From contig NMRA01000881.1 in the NCBI GenBank assembly GCA_002633005.1, positions 46,675-110,674 on the forward strand: 64,000 bases of DNA, given 5' to 3'. Under the pieces are notes generated by a model, which was not told the DNA's origin, searched no databases, and saw nothing but the letters and a program-made list of their open reading frames with translations. This document shows, piece by piece, positions 24,511 through 37,400 of the stretch. The first letter of the stretch is position 1; each line of letters begins with the position of its first letter. The DNA comes from Phoronis australis (Eukaryota > Animalia > Phoronida). A program made the position numbers and the translations under genes.

Positions 24511-27500
24511 TATCTCACAAGGCACATGCATACGGGTGTCAGGGCCATTTGACATATGATGTAGGATGTGTAGTGTCGGTGGACGTCAAACACACAAAGA
24601 CCGATTGTAGTGAAACGTGTTGTTTCGGATGAAGTCGTGCCGACATCGGAGCTTCCGTGATAGCGTCGCGGCTGCTCCGTATCGTCTCTCCAGCCTTCTT
24701 AGATTTGACCATCGAAGGCACAGTAACTGAGGCGTTTGCACAGCGCATTCTCGGACTTTTGTCATCACTTGAACATGGTTCATGGCGGTTTACCGAATCG
24801 AAGGAACCAACTGAAATGGTAATAACTGAATCTGCCTGAGAAGTGATTTCTGGTTTTTCAAAAAAACTGGCATATCATCATTCGTTGAGACCATGTTCGG
24901 AGGGGAATATAACGAATTGTCAGCTATTTGCAATCCACGAAGATATCTCCAATTCGACTAGAGAACGATTTGAGATCGACTTGATGACGGTAAATGATCT
25001 TCACCAAAAGTTAGATTTTGTAATGGGTAGCGGGTTTAGGTCTATAACTGTGGCAGACTGGCTCGCGCTTGTAAAGCGGACTCGAAACACTGAACAGGAC
25101 TGAAACTATGAAAGGCAGTATCATGACAAATTAAAGCCTTTGCGTAACTGTCACACAACGCAATTAGACTAATTAGTGGTCATTCGTTTGCTGTTCTGTA
25201 ATTAAACGTATGGTTTACTGATGAGGGCATCTGACTAAAGCTCAGTCTCTTTAATATAAAATCAATCGTGTGGTGTTGTCTCTAGGCGTAGGGCATAGCC
25301 TGAGACGGTGAAACTGTCCTTGGTATATGACTGGTGCTGGACGTGGTGGCCGGTAACAGTTACAGTTAGTGACAGGATGCGTCACGCATAGTGAAAATTG
25401 TGAGATTTGTGTTGATTGATTGGTTGGTTGGTTGATTGAGTGGTTGATTTTGTCAACATGAACGCACAATAAAGAGAGAATAAAGAGGTGAGCTAAAAAT
25501 ACTCTACCATACACTACTATACAATTCAGAAGGGATGATAGAAAACAAATGCTGGCAAAGATTGTAAAGGAAAGCTTTAAAAACTTTATAAAAGTAATAA
25601 CATAAATATGGTTCTACCAAATCGTTTGAATAGAGTAACTTGTGTAGAACAAGTGACGTAAACATTAATTAAATATAATGAAATAAAATAGATAAAATGT
25701 GGGATTTAGCAAGAATAAATCGTAGGATAAGTTTGTAACGGAAATAGAATCTTCTCACGGTAAGGAATATTATGAGATAGATTGTATGAGAGTAAAAGGC
25801 CCAATGCTATTTTGCTATCCAGCTAAAAAGGGAGAAATGCGGTTTCTAAGTAGAAACTGACGTGTTTCATTTGACAGCGTATTCCCAAAGCTGGACTGAG
25901 AAGAATGAAATGAAGCCATGAATGACATTTAGATCTTGAGATGACAAGGAAATTGGAACTTCATCTAGAATTACAAAACACGAATAGTCTATATTTATTT
26001 TGGGTACGAGTCAAATTGATTGTGAGATAGGAAAGGGTGCGTTGTGCCAGGGGTGAGTTATATGTTTTAAAATACAGTGTAGAACTTTTAAAAAGTTACT
26101 TTCAGATGAGATTTGCAGAGTACAGTTGATTGTATTGAAGTGCTATATTTCGAAAGCAATCGACTATCATTTTCGAATGCATAAGCCGTGTTTTTTTAAT
26201 CTGGCGTCTTGAGTGTTTGTCAGCTGGTAAACTAACTTTTAATAACATTACAACGGAATGGACCACCATTTCGGAAAATGGACAGTCTGAAAGCTGATGG
26301 TGAACGTATTCTAATCTACCAGTAAACGTCAAACGCAAGCTTACCCAGTTTGTCATTGTGGGACCACACTTTAGCAGTGTAACATGTGTTATGCTTCAAA
26401 GAAAAATACAATTTAAAAAGTGTATGAGTACATTTTAATACGTGCACGCACGTGATCTGACCGAAGTAATGAGTGAAGCGTTTGAAGCGAAATATGTGGA
26501 ACAATTTATGGTCAAATATATACAACACAGGCTACGTGCTCTGATTCAAATAAAAGATACTGTTACAGCAGGTGAAAATGTTCTGAATTGAGAATTTTAA
26601 ACCGTTTGTAAATACTAATTGAGTATAAAGTACATGTAGCACGTGCAATTAGAAGAACATTTTCAATCTATATTTATACGTCGCCACTAGTAACCGTTTA
26701 AGAGCGCATTTTCGAAGGCTAAAAAATCTAGTTTGGAAAGAAAAGATAATGTAAATTTTGATGCTTCCTTATTTACATTGTTTGGATTAAAGTGAGCTGT
26801 TTTATCTGGTTTGATTTTCATTCTATGACAAAACAAGTTTGAAATTGCTTCATACGCAGCTCCTATTATCAACAATCAAGGAGAAGTGAAAGTGTCGAGT
26901 CGTCTATTATGACGGAAAACAACTTGAACTTTTCTGACAAACGCAAATTAGAACAAACAACCATTTAAAACTGTGACACATTCATCACTGCCACAGACTA
27001 TAGTCTATGATCACTACAAATCCTAATATAAATGAACGTGTATGGTTTTGAACGCCCAACGAGTGCATTTACAAACAATTCTGTGTTGATACGTGATACA
27101 GTGGCTCCAGGTGTATGCAGTAAGGTGACAAAGGCATTTATATTTATATTGGAAACCGAAAAATTACAAGCAGAATACAACTATGTTTTTGGACTGCTTA
27201 AACCAGCCTAAAACGTAGGTTGTGGGCCCGGTAAAGAAACCAACATTCCTCTTTTTGAAGGGAGGCCGCATTTGGGAAATTAAGATGCCTAGCATTTAAA
27301 AGGGCTAACGCAACAAATACGACCAAGACATTGCTCCTAAATGGAGAACTGAAGCGTAATCTGGAATCTGGTTCAACTCCCGTCCTATGACAGGTACGCC
27401 CTCTGTCGGTCGTGAGGTCGTGAACACTGAAGTCGTGAAGTTTCGAAGCTGTCAAAGTGTTTTTAATCTTTCGGGTTAGTCATTAAACCCTTTAATATGA

Positions 27501-28599
27501 AGCAACTCTAGTTGACGTTTCAGGGTAGTTGTGACAAAAGCAGGAAATGGCATGAATTTAAGACACAAAGTTGGGGAAAACGAAAGGCAAGACACAATTA
27601 ATTGATGGCATTACTATCAACGGCTTCAGTGGTATTTGCGCACAATTCACCGAATCGGATAAACCGTAAAACTGTCGAGGCGATACGGGAAGTAAGAAAG
27701 GAAGATTGGGTATCCCAATAAGTGATGAGAGACAGTCACCTATAAACCGGCACATCAATGGACCCCTAAATCCAGGTCACTTGAAGAGCTTCGCTTTTAT
27801 CCAGAGCGTGAAAATTCGAGTTGTCAAAAGCTGCCCTTCCCTACGCTCGCCCGCATTACTTTCATCGAAGTTAGATTTTTCAAAAGGGGCACAAACACGT
27901 CTAAGGTAGTTTTTTTAACACAGTGGCTGTATTGAACCTTAGCGAGAGTCTCCTCTTTCATGACCTTATTTGATTGAAGAAGGGGGCCCAAAGCCGGGGC
28001 AAATCGTGCGGTTTCGAGTCACGACAGCCCCACATTCTCTGGATCGCTTGAACAAATCTCGCACCACTTCATCACATTTTTAAAAATATGCTAAAACAAA
28101 ATACCGTATCCTCACATCAATTCTCGAAAAGAACAACTACGCTTCTTTTGACATAAACGGGATTCTCTACTTGCGAGCTGGCTTGTTTCGACTGCCTTAA
28201 TAGGCAGGGAAATCAATAGCTATTATAGACTCACAATACACAGGTTCACTACGAAAACTGTTTAAAGTGCAAGCAGGTGGTTTTTCCCAGCTGATATACA
28301 ATAGGCCAAGGTGATATAGAAAGGCGGGTTAATACATTAAAACATTTTTGTTCCAATTATAAGGCGACCATTTCAGCTCACTCTTAATTTTCATAAAGAA
28401 AATCAGTTTTAATGCTTTTAGCAAAGAAATTAAAAATATTGCAAAGGGCGAATAAAATCTTCAAGAAATCCTCAGATAAGTCGCTTATTTATAAATTGTT
28501 ATCTCCTGTTGTAGGCGATTATTTGTCTTTAACCAGCTGAGTAAGTGGATAAAAGAACAGTCGATCATGCAATTACTTTTCAGTTGTCAGGAGGTGACA

Positions 28600-29952
28600 A
28601 TGAATTCAAGACGTTTTTTTGCAAAACTTAGGCGAAACCAGGCATCGTTAGTAGTATGTGCTATATTTTTAACATGTGTCGTATGGATGCTAGCCGCCAT
28701 GGGTTCGTTGGCACCTCACATTGCCAAAAAGCCTCAGACAGTTGAAAAGCGGGCTATTCGTCAAACCTTTCATAAACATGGTTTACGCAGAAGAGAAGAC
28801 GGTAACGCAACGTTTCGTGTGAATTACAAAGGCAAAAACGAGACTTTCAAGTTAATGCATTCGAATCCGTTGACGTGTGAAGTTTTTGATGAAGAAAAGG
28901 AAGTTTTTTTGTTAGTTCTCGTGACGTCACACTCATCTAACGGGAAAAGGCGAAAACTGTTCCGGGAAACATCGGGAAGTATCTACGAGTACAGAGGAAA
29001 AGTTATAAGAACCGTGTTCATGTTAGGATTAAGCCACGATGAAGTTAATGACGATGGGTTGTATGATTACATAGGAGACTACGGCGACGAAGAAGATGAA
29101 GAAACCGACGAGGACGGTAAAAGAGTCAACAAAGGAGCGAAATTTCAAACCAAGACTGAAAACTACAAATACAGAGATATAATTCAAGGGAATTTCGTTG
29201 AACAATACTCTCATTTGACTCTAAAAACGAGTATGGGACTTCAGTGGGCGAGGACATTTTGTGAGAAAGCAAAATATGTTTTAAAAACTGACGACGATGT
29301 CGTGGTTAATTACAAAAATGTAATTGACTATTTGATTGGTGTGAATCGAACAAATACGCTATACGCGGGCGTTATACCAGGGGTTAGACAAAATTACAAG
29401 GACAGAATTCAGCAATGGAGAAACGACCACGACTATGAAGACGATTACGAAGGCGAAAAAAAAGATTCCGAAGAACTTTTGAACAATCTGCCCAATTTGG
29501 TGGACAGGAACAAATTTAACGACAGGGGCCAACCCTCACCGCCATTCTGCGCCGGTAGTGGCTACGTTTTGTCGATGCAAGCGGTGGCGCGCATGCTCGC
29601 TGTCGCTGCGGCAATGCCATACACGCAGTTCGAGGACGTGTTCGTTGGCAAGTTAGCAAAGAAATTAGACATCGTGCCACGTGACTATTTTGGATTCCAA
29701 GAAGAGAGCACGAACTTGTTATACAATGCATGCGTTTTCAATAATTCGATCATTACGGTTGTCAGTGATAGTCAACAGTCATTCCGTCAAATTTGGCAGG
29801 AGTTTAAGAACGCAGAAACGTCTAGAGATGACTGTTCCTGGTGGATAACGAAAACAGAAGACGAAAAAATGTCGTACATATATAAAATGCTTGTGGGTAC
29901 CAGAGACAGAGCACCAAGTGGAATACGTGATATTTATAACATGCGTGATTAA
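28600..29952 (+). CDS. Glycosyltransferase family 31 (beta-1,3-galactosyltransferase/B3GNT-like), type II Golgi membrane protein, about 450 aa
   Basis: Long uninterrupted ORF (track 28567..29952). The more likely start is 28600 (acaATG), because 28567-28590 looks like a splice acceptor (ttacttttcag/ttgtcag). Basic N-tail, then TM segment LVVCAIFLTCVVWMLAAM. GT31 motifs: FLLVLVTS, DIIQGNFVEQYSHLTLKT, WARTFC, YVLKTDDDVVVN (DxD), PPFCAGSGYVLS and EDVFVG. Confidence 0.93.
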   Translation: MNSRRFFAKLRRNQASLVVCAIFLTCVVWMLAAMGSLAPHIAKKPQTVEKRAIRQTFHKHGLRRREDGNATFRVNYKGKNETFKLMHSNPLTCEVFDEEKEVFLLVLVTSHSSNGKRRKLFRETSGSIYEYRGKVIRTVFMLGLSHDEVNDDGLYDYIGDYGDEEDEETDEDGKRVNKGAKFQTKTENYKYRDIIQGNFVEQYSHLTLKTSMGLQWARTFCEKAKYVLKTDDDVVVNYKNVIDYLIGVNRTNTLYAGVIPGVRQNYKDRIQQWRNDHDYEDDYEGEKKDSEELLNNLPNLVDRNKFNDRGQPSPPFCAGSGYVLSMQAVARMLAVAAAMPYTQFEDVFVGKLAKKLDIVPRDYFGFQEESTNLLYNACVFNNSIITVVSDSQQSFRQIWQEFKNAETSRDDCSWWITKTEDEKMSYIYKMLVGTRDRAPSGIRDIYNMRD

Positions 29953-30046
29953 AACGATTAACTGTATAATATAAAGACAACGCTTTTAAAAGCCCATTTT
30001 ATAAATGCGAATGAGCTCCAAGTACAACACCTAGGTACACAAAAAG

Positions 30047-30052
30047 TTTATT
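30047..30052 (-). terminator. Candidate distal poly(A) signal for GCC2 (would give a 3' UTR of about 2.6 kb)
   Basis: AATAAA on the - strand (tttatt on +); the intervening 30.05-32.6 kb is U/GU-rich on the - strand, as in a 3' UTR. Confidence 0.35.
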
Positions 30053-32074
30053 TGACCTACACTTTTGCTCAAGTGTAAAGCCGATTTTAATGCCACCACA
30101 AAACTACAACAATGTGCTTATAACAACACACAGTCAAGTAGCCTTGGAATGTTCAGGGGGTCTTCACAACTTGTTTTATAGTTGAATACGCCAAAGTAAG
30201 GTAAGTGGCCTAACTCAACCAAAAACCTACCTTCGCTCTGATAAGACAATTGCAACACCTAACAGTTATGAAACCCTCCTGTAAAACTGGATGAATAAAA
30301 TAAATTCATGTACCCCAAGTAAAGTTACCAAAGTTACCCTGCATGACCTCATCCACTTTCACAACAGGTGTTCAGAAACTAAGATTCCAAGATAAAGATA
30401 CCATATGCAGACCCAGTGGTCTTGAAAACTGAATAAAATAAACACCTTTCATTATAGTGATACACAGAAACATCACAAAAATTCCTGTAAAAGTGTGCAT
30501 CCCAATGTCAACTATAAACAATTTCCCAATAGTCTACCAATATGTGAACAGTACAGATTTTCCTTGTCCAATCACATAATTTACTCATTAAAATATAAGG
30601 TTCAACTAATAACTAACCCTTCAAATTTAATGTAAGTACACAAAAATTCTCCAGTTTGGGATATTATTTCACTCAAGGTACCAAATTTGAGAAATTTGCA
30701 ATATCGGGCATCCCAAATTCAAAGGCATTGAATAGCATTTCTTACTCATTTGTAAATGATCTGCGTTACATTAAACTTTTGAATTTATTTGCAAGCAATG
30801 TTGTCCGAAAACAAGCACCCTCGACAATTTTAGAAATACGATAAATGCAAAAATTGCTCACATTCCCAATTTCAGAATCAGAAATTCAAACATTTCAGCT
30901 TGGATTTCAGAGTCCCAAGTTATGCACACTTCCCCAAGCTGGAGAATTTTTAACCATCATCAAGTACAGTAGCCCAAGATATGTTTTTACAAGAGTGATG
31001 CAGGGCGTTGATATACTCACACCCTATGCTGTGCAAACAATTCAGAGGGAGCAACTATTGTGCAGTGGCCTCTGGCATGAAAAGCATTTTTATCAATCAT
31101 AAGCAAATTGGTAAGTTTTTAATCCCTCATCAACAGAAACATGGTTGGTGAATGTCAGTGCAGACAAGAAGGTGGAGGACAAGACAATAATCCTCACCAG
31201 GCAGTAAAGGCACAAACGGAATTTGTTCAAGAATTACCGGGTAGTTGGTTCAGTATCATATCTGATAACTTTCACGAAAATCAATGGTTTAGCAGACGCC
31301 ATGGGACACAGCACCACGTGAATTGAACAGTGTTTCATAAACAGAGGGGCAGAGACAATATCAAATTGCCACAATCATATGTATGAGAGTGTGGACACAA
31401 AAATTAATAAAATTGCCATTAGCGAGTACAGCAAGATCAGAACTGTCTCAAAAATAACAGTAGACAGTGTCCCTTGTTGGATGGGAGCACAACTGTCCAA
31501 TTTCATGAAGATTCATTAAAGTACTTCAGAGATGAAAAAAGAAGAGTGACAGACACAAAAGGCTTAAAATTGCCACAAGGAGGCACAACAGTAGTTGGAT
31601 AAGACTGAAACTTGATGTCAGCCTTCCTCTGAACATAGCATAGCTGCAGAGTCTGGATGGATGCACAGCCACCCAGACAAATGTGACACCGACATGAACC
31701 AATATGTGTGTGTGATGTACATGTGGGCCCAAAAGTATCAACATGTGTAAAGAACACTAACGCACATTAAATTCAAAAACAATGTTCAATACACAAGATT
31801 TCCCCTGAAAGTTCGAATTTTCAGTGGAAACCGATGATACAGTAATGCAATGACTCCTGATTACAGTACACACAAGAAATTACAAACTTAAAGTAAAAAG
31901 TAAGCTTGCAACATTATTGTACAAGGCTATGCTTGTCATATTGCAAAAGTAATGGAAAAATTAGTCTCGAAGTGAGCCTTGCTACACACTGAGCAATGCA
32001 CAGAAATATCAATTTTCTAAGAAAGCACCTCAGAAACACAGCTTTGGATTTACACTCACTCACAGTGCCCTCTC

Positions 32075-32167
32075 TTGGAGGAAATGCACTATTGAAGGAT
32101 GATGTTTGGAGGAGAGACACTATACACGGATGACGCTTGGAGGCGAGACACTATACAAGGATGACGC
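32075..32167. repeat. Three tandem 31-bp repeats in the putative GCC2 3' UTR
   Basis: ttggaggaaatgcactattgaaggatgatgt / ttggaggagagacactatacacggatgacgc / ttggaggcgagacactatacaaggatgacgc. Confidence 0.85.
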
Positions 32168-32603
32168 ATGACATGCACAAGTGCGGGTGTCGGCATCAGT
32201 GTGCATGCCCTGGTTTGTATGTCTGTTATAAATAAAGAGTCTGCGACCAAAAATTATTTTGAATTATTCTGTTGTTCTTCTTGATGTCTTCTCATCTTGA
32301 GTGACAAGCAGAACATGGACTTGTCCGGAATGCATCAGTTAAGTCTGCCGCTGTTGAAGCATTCGCAAGTCACAAAGGCATCTCTCAACTTCCAGTTAAC
32401 TATAACATCCAAGTGTTGCTTTATTCTGTTAACCAATAAGAAGTTAGATTCACCATTGTTTCACAGCGCAACTCCATGTAGCACTGAATAAGAAATGTAC
32501 CTCAGGTTCAGAAGTCCTCTACACCTTTGAGCCCAAAAACCAGTCAGAACTTTACTATGATTCTATATCCTAGACAAGTACAGCAACTGGACACTTCACG
32601 TGA

Positions 32604-32683
32604 TTACATCAGACCTGACCATCGAGGTAAGTAAGCACCCCAACCAACTGGTCTCCCTTGAGCATCTGAGCTTCCTTCCTCAC
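32604..32683 (-). CDS. GCC2: GCC2 last coding exon (GEEGSSDAQGRPVGWGAYLPRWSGLM*)
   Basis: tttttacag| acceptor; TAA at 32604-32606; matches the GWxxYLxxWSGL C-terminus of GCC2. Confidence 0.92.
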
Positions 32684-34368
32684 CTGTAAAAAAGTAGATT
32701 CTATACTACCGGTATATTAACAGTCAGACACGGGTGTATTTCTCGGCTACGGTTTCAAGTTGAAAAAAAAATTTGCAGCTTCAAACCTATAATTACATGA
32801 CATGTTTCATCAACCATCGAATTGGCACAGTCACAAAGATATTATTAGTAAGGTTAACTAGAGAATAGTTGGAAGGTACTGTATCAGTTCCCACCAGCTC
32901 CTCAGTAAAATATTTCAAGTTTACACATAAACTGTGAGGCGTGAAAAAAATTTTCATGTTTTCCATACATTGCCATCGACCCACCACCTAAATCACTTTG
33001 AGGAAAAATGACACAGGCAACCAGTCCTCACACCCATTCTTTCACATTTCTAGGAGACTGCCATTTTGAAGCCAAGCGAGTTTTGCAAAATAAAATTATT
33101 AATTTTCACAAAATTCAATCGATTCACAACTCGTAAATGTCACGTTCACACAATAACTGACTGTGAGGAATACCTCGAGCTACAGCAACAAGACTCATCT
33201 TCTCCTCGCCACTGAGAGTCAACATGGTGGATAGGACAGGGATCATACGCTCTCGCTCATCGCCTGGTTGAAGTAGCAGAAACTGCAAATAACAATGCAG
33301 TTACACAGTTCCATGACATATGTATGAGGAGATATAACTGTGACAAGAAGTCCACACGTGAAGGACAAATTGTTACATGACAATTGTTTTCAAACAGCAC
33401 TTAAAAAAGCCACTTACATTCACAGAAGAGAACACGTTATTTCACAGCGACTCGTAAGTCACGTGACTTTGCAGAAATTAAAAAGAATCATTTCACAATA
33501 CCAACGATGCCCAAGTATCATTTTTAGTTACTTCATTTAAGGAAAATCGAGAAAACAGAATGCAGTAAACAAAAATGTCCTGCAAAGTAATAACGTTGTA
33601 AAAAGTCTCAATAGCCTTAATCATGATCCCATTGTCTAACACGTTTCGCACAAAGTATAAAACAGTTCCACTTTTCCTTATCAAGCTACTCTTCAAAGAC
33701 AGGAAGTTGCAGAACCAAATAATGTACACAAAGAGGACTACAGCTCCTCTTCAGGAGAAGATGGGAATCACAAACACTGGCCGTCAACATTAGAAAATCC
33801 AATTTATTTGTGTACTGGCTTGGGAAGCAATCCTCATGGTTCATGTTTATGCAAATGAGTAATAGTTATCTTTATTACTCATCTCATTAGAAACATATTG
33901 ACAGACAAAATGAACCTATTAAGTATTTGTGTATTGGGTTGGGAAGCAAATCACAAAATGATATATGCATATGATAATTCACCTATTTAGCACACACAAT
34001 ATGTCAGGCATGTGGAATTTTTTTGTCAACATTTTCCACACAAAAAATGTCAGAAATTTTAGTCCATTGTATAATGGCCTCTAACAGCTGACATAATACA
34101 ATACCTGTTAAAAGATTTGTATATTTGTATAAAGACCGACTGTCCATGAAAAATACAGTTGGTCAGAATAAAAAGCAGAATTTTCCATAAAAAATCAGAA
34201 CAAAATAAAGTTAGTGCTGAAATCTGATAAAACATAGACATTTTTGATAGCTTGCTTTAGACATCATGCCATTATAAACAACGACGAAATCAAACTCGGT
34301 AATATGTGAACTGTAGTATGGGTGATCTCACGGGCCACGGGCCCATTTTATCAAAGTAATAATATCAA

Positions 34369-34420
<52 letters not shown>

Positions 34421-37400
34421 TCACACTCAATTTATGCTTCTTTGAAGGTGATGTTCACAACAAGAGAGCTCAATGACTTTCATTCCCAGAAAACATCTCA
34501 ATTGAATTGTCAGGGCATACTTTGACTTCACTATGGAAACAGACAAAGCAAAAAAACAACAAAGGGTTCAGTTTCTGTTAAAAAACGTTTCAAAAGGTAC
34601 TAGGCTATCACGGTAGTCCACTAGCCAAATCTGACAAAATCTAAATTTTCAGCAGATAAAGTGATGAACAATTTCTAATTCGGATGGCCATGAACAATCA
34701 TACCACAATATAATATGTATAAACTTAAGAAAGACGTATGAAAGGGGGAAATGGAATCTAGTCTCACTTTGAGCACCACATTTTTGAGATACTCCATGTT
34801 GGAGATGGCATTTTCTCTCTTCTGGTTGCGCTCGAGCCGTCGAATCTCTTCCTTTAGAATCTTGGCTTGCTCAGTAAGGTGGAGCACCGTGCCCTCGCTC
34901 TCGCTCACCAGTCCTGTTAAGTGCTCGACTTTCTTCTCCGCAGTATTCAGCGAGTTACGCAGGAGTTCTTCCTCATTCACCGATGTGAAGCTGTTCACAC
35001 CTGTTACGACAAAGATGCATACAGACATTATCAAATGTCGGATAATCATAGTTCACTAAGCATCAAGCTTTTCTCTCCTTGACCCTTAACCTACCTTCTA
35101 GTCTTAGTCCTACCTCTGCCTTATCTACTTTCCAGTCTCTTGAGTTGAGACTGGGCTGACAGCAAGCTGATACTAAGACTTAGAGAAAGAAAGGGCCAAA
35201 GAGGTGTGAGCGTAAAGAGCTGGATGGGGTGGAGAGGTAGGAGTGCACAGAGACAGAGAGGGAACGAGAAATGTTCTAGGGTGCGTTACTAAGTAACCAC
35301 AAAAATATGTACAGAATTCATGCAGTGTTCCCATGCATATTGCTTCTGTGACATATGACACAATCAAACCAGGAAGCAAAGTGAGTTGATGGGTGTGTCA
35401 CCTTGAACACAATTTTTAAGATGTAAGAAACAAGGATAAATAAATAAAACCACCAGTTTCATTTCAAGGTTGTCTCCCTGTGTTAAAAGTAGTCTACCAC
35501 CCGATTTGCCTCGATATTTCAAGTGATGTGCATCGTTCTGTCCAAGTGTAATGATTTCTGAACGGTTTTCACCAAGAAATGGACCCCAAAATATTTGGAA
35601 AGTGGGTCTAAAGGAGTCCAGGGCCCGGTCTCTAATCTTTGTACTCGAAATGAACTCGAAACTATTTTTGGCAACTTCTCTGCTCCTTTTGTGCGAACTT
35701 AAGATAATTGGTTATCAGACTGTGCTCGAATACATTATAGTTTATGCATAGGAGTTTCTAGTTCAAGTTTGCCCTTGAAGACCCTTATATTCATGCTACA
35801 AACTCGAGTAAAAACTCAAAATTTCGAGTTCAAACTCGAACTTATTGCTTTAATATTGGGTTTACAAACTGTGAACTAACGGCAATAAATTATCTACGTA
35901 AGTTATTGTGTACTCGAGCATAGAATAATAGACACTTATCTTGAGTTCGCCCAAAAGTAGAGTAGAAAATGCCAAACCTAATTTCGAGTTCCATTTTGAG
36001 TAAAAAGATTGGAGACCAGGCCCAGATTTAGGGCATGTAGGGCAAACACTGTAACTATACAAAGGAATAACAAAGACCTGGAAAAGCAACACTAATAAAA
36101 GGCAAGTACAACCTTACAGTACATGAATTAACTGAAAGGTGCAGTAGAAAAATCCATTCATGCTCTCCACCCTTATAAAACTGGCATGCATTCTGTAGAC
36201 ATGAGTGCATTGCAAGGATTTGCCACATATTACAAGCAAGCACATGATATTTGGTCTACTTACTCTGCTTGTCCAGGTCCACACTAGGCGAGCTAATTAG
36301 TTGCTCAAATGATACCAGAGGAGGCTGGGGCGTGGCTGGTTGTCCAGGCTGAGATGAGAATAAGAAAATTACATGTTAACAACAATTATCAGTTACAATT
36401 ACGGCGAAGATCACAAATTTTTATGTGATTACTTGGCAAAGAATCAACGACCAGTCTGTGATAGGTTGTTGACCGGCCGGAAAAACAGATAACTAGCCTG
36501 CTAGTTTTTATCATACCAGCAGCAGACTACCCTGACAACTACAATGCCGATTTTAATGCGGCCTCTTTCTGGACAGCCGACTCTTGGCTGCCGCCTGGCT
36601 ATTTTCAGACCCTTATTTATGTCACAGTCATCCGGTATTGTTCTTGTCCATGCAACTCCATATTTATTTTGAAAACTCAACATGGCAAGTCACACTTTAG
36701 TCACATAATAGCACTACATATAAGTTATTGAAATATACTTATTCACAAGAATAATCAGAATGGAGAATACAATCATTTATTGAATATTAAAAACATACAA
36801 CACTTGGGTCAATTCAACATCAAACTAATCTATAGCAATCTGAGTCGTTGAAGCAAACATATGTCAAAATTGTACGTTTCCATGGGCGATCCATTTTTTA
36901 GTTTTTCTCAAACACAAAAACGATATGTGTGCACTCACCATAACAAGCACAGTTCTGTCCTTATAAGGTGCCAAACATTATTTTGATAATCTTCAAGCAC
37001 TTTTGTACACTAACTCTGGATGGTTTTCAGTGCGTAACAACCGCAAACTAAAATTAAAATATGCTTTTTTGCTTAAGAAGAACCTTAGCATGGTGCTATT
37101 CAGAAACTGGCAAGAAATGTTGGATCATTTCGTTGTTAAGATCCATGTGAGTCATTACTTGTTAGTGATGATCATTTCACAGATCAGTGCATATTATCTC
37201 CAATGCTTCAGCTTTCAAGTTCATGCAGAAATGACAATCAGTTCTGGATTGAATTGAATGCAATTGTGACAAATGATGAATAATATCAAATTAGGTGAAC
37301 TGTCCGACCATCAGAATGCAGTAAGCGTAATATCTCAAGAGACTAATACAAGAAGACACGAGTGGCATATCAGCCATCTGACCTTGATTCGCCATTTTCA

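Noticed and set aside
28567-28599. Upstream ATG at 28567 for the glycosyltransferase
   Set aside because: It overlaps an acceptor-like pyrimidine tract; 28600 has a better context and gives a typical short cytoplasmic tail.
34322-34525. Poly-Ile ORF
   Set aside because: Translation of the (AAT)n microsatellite.
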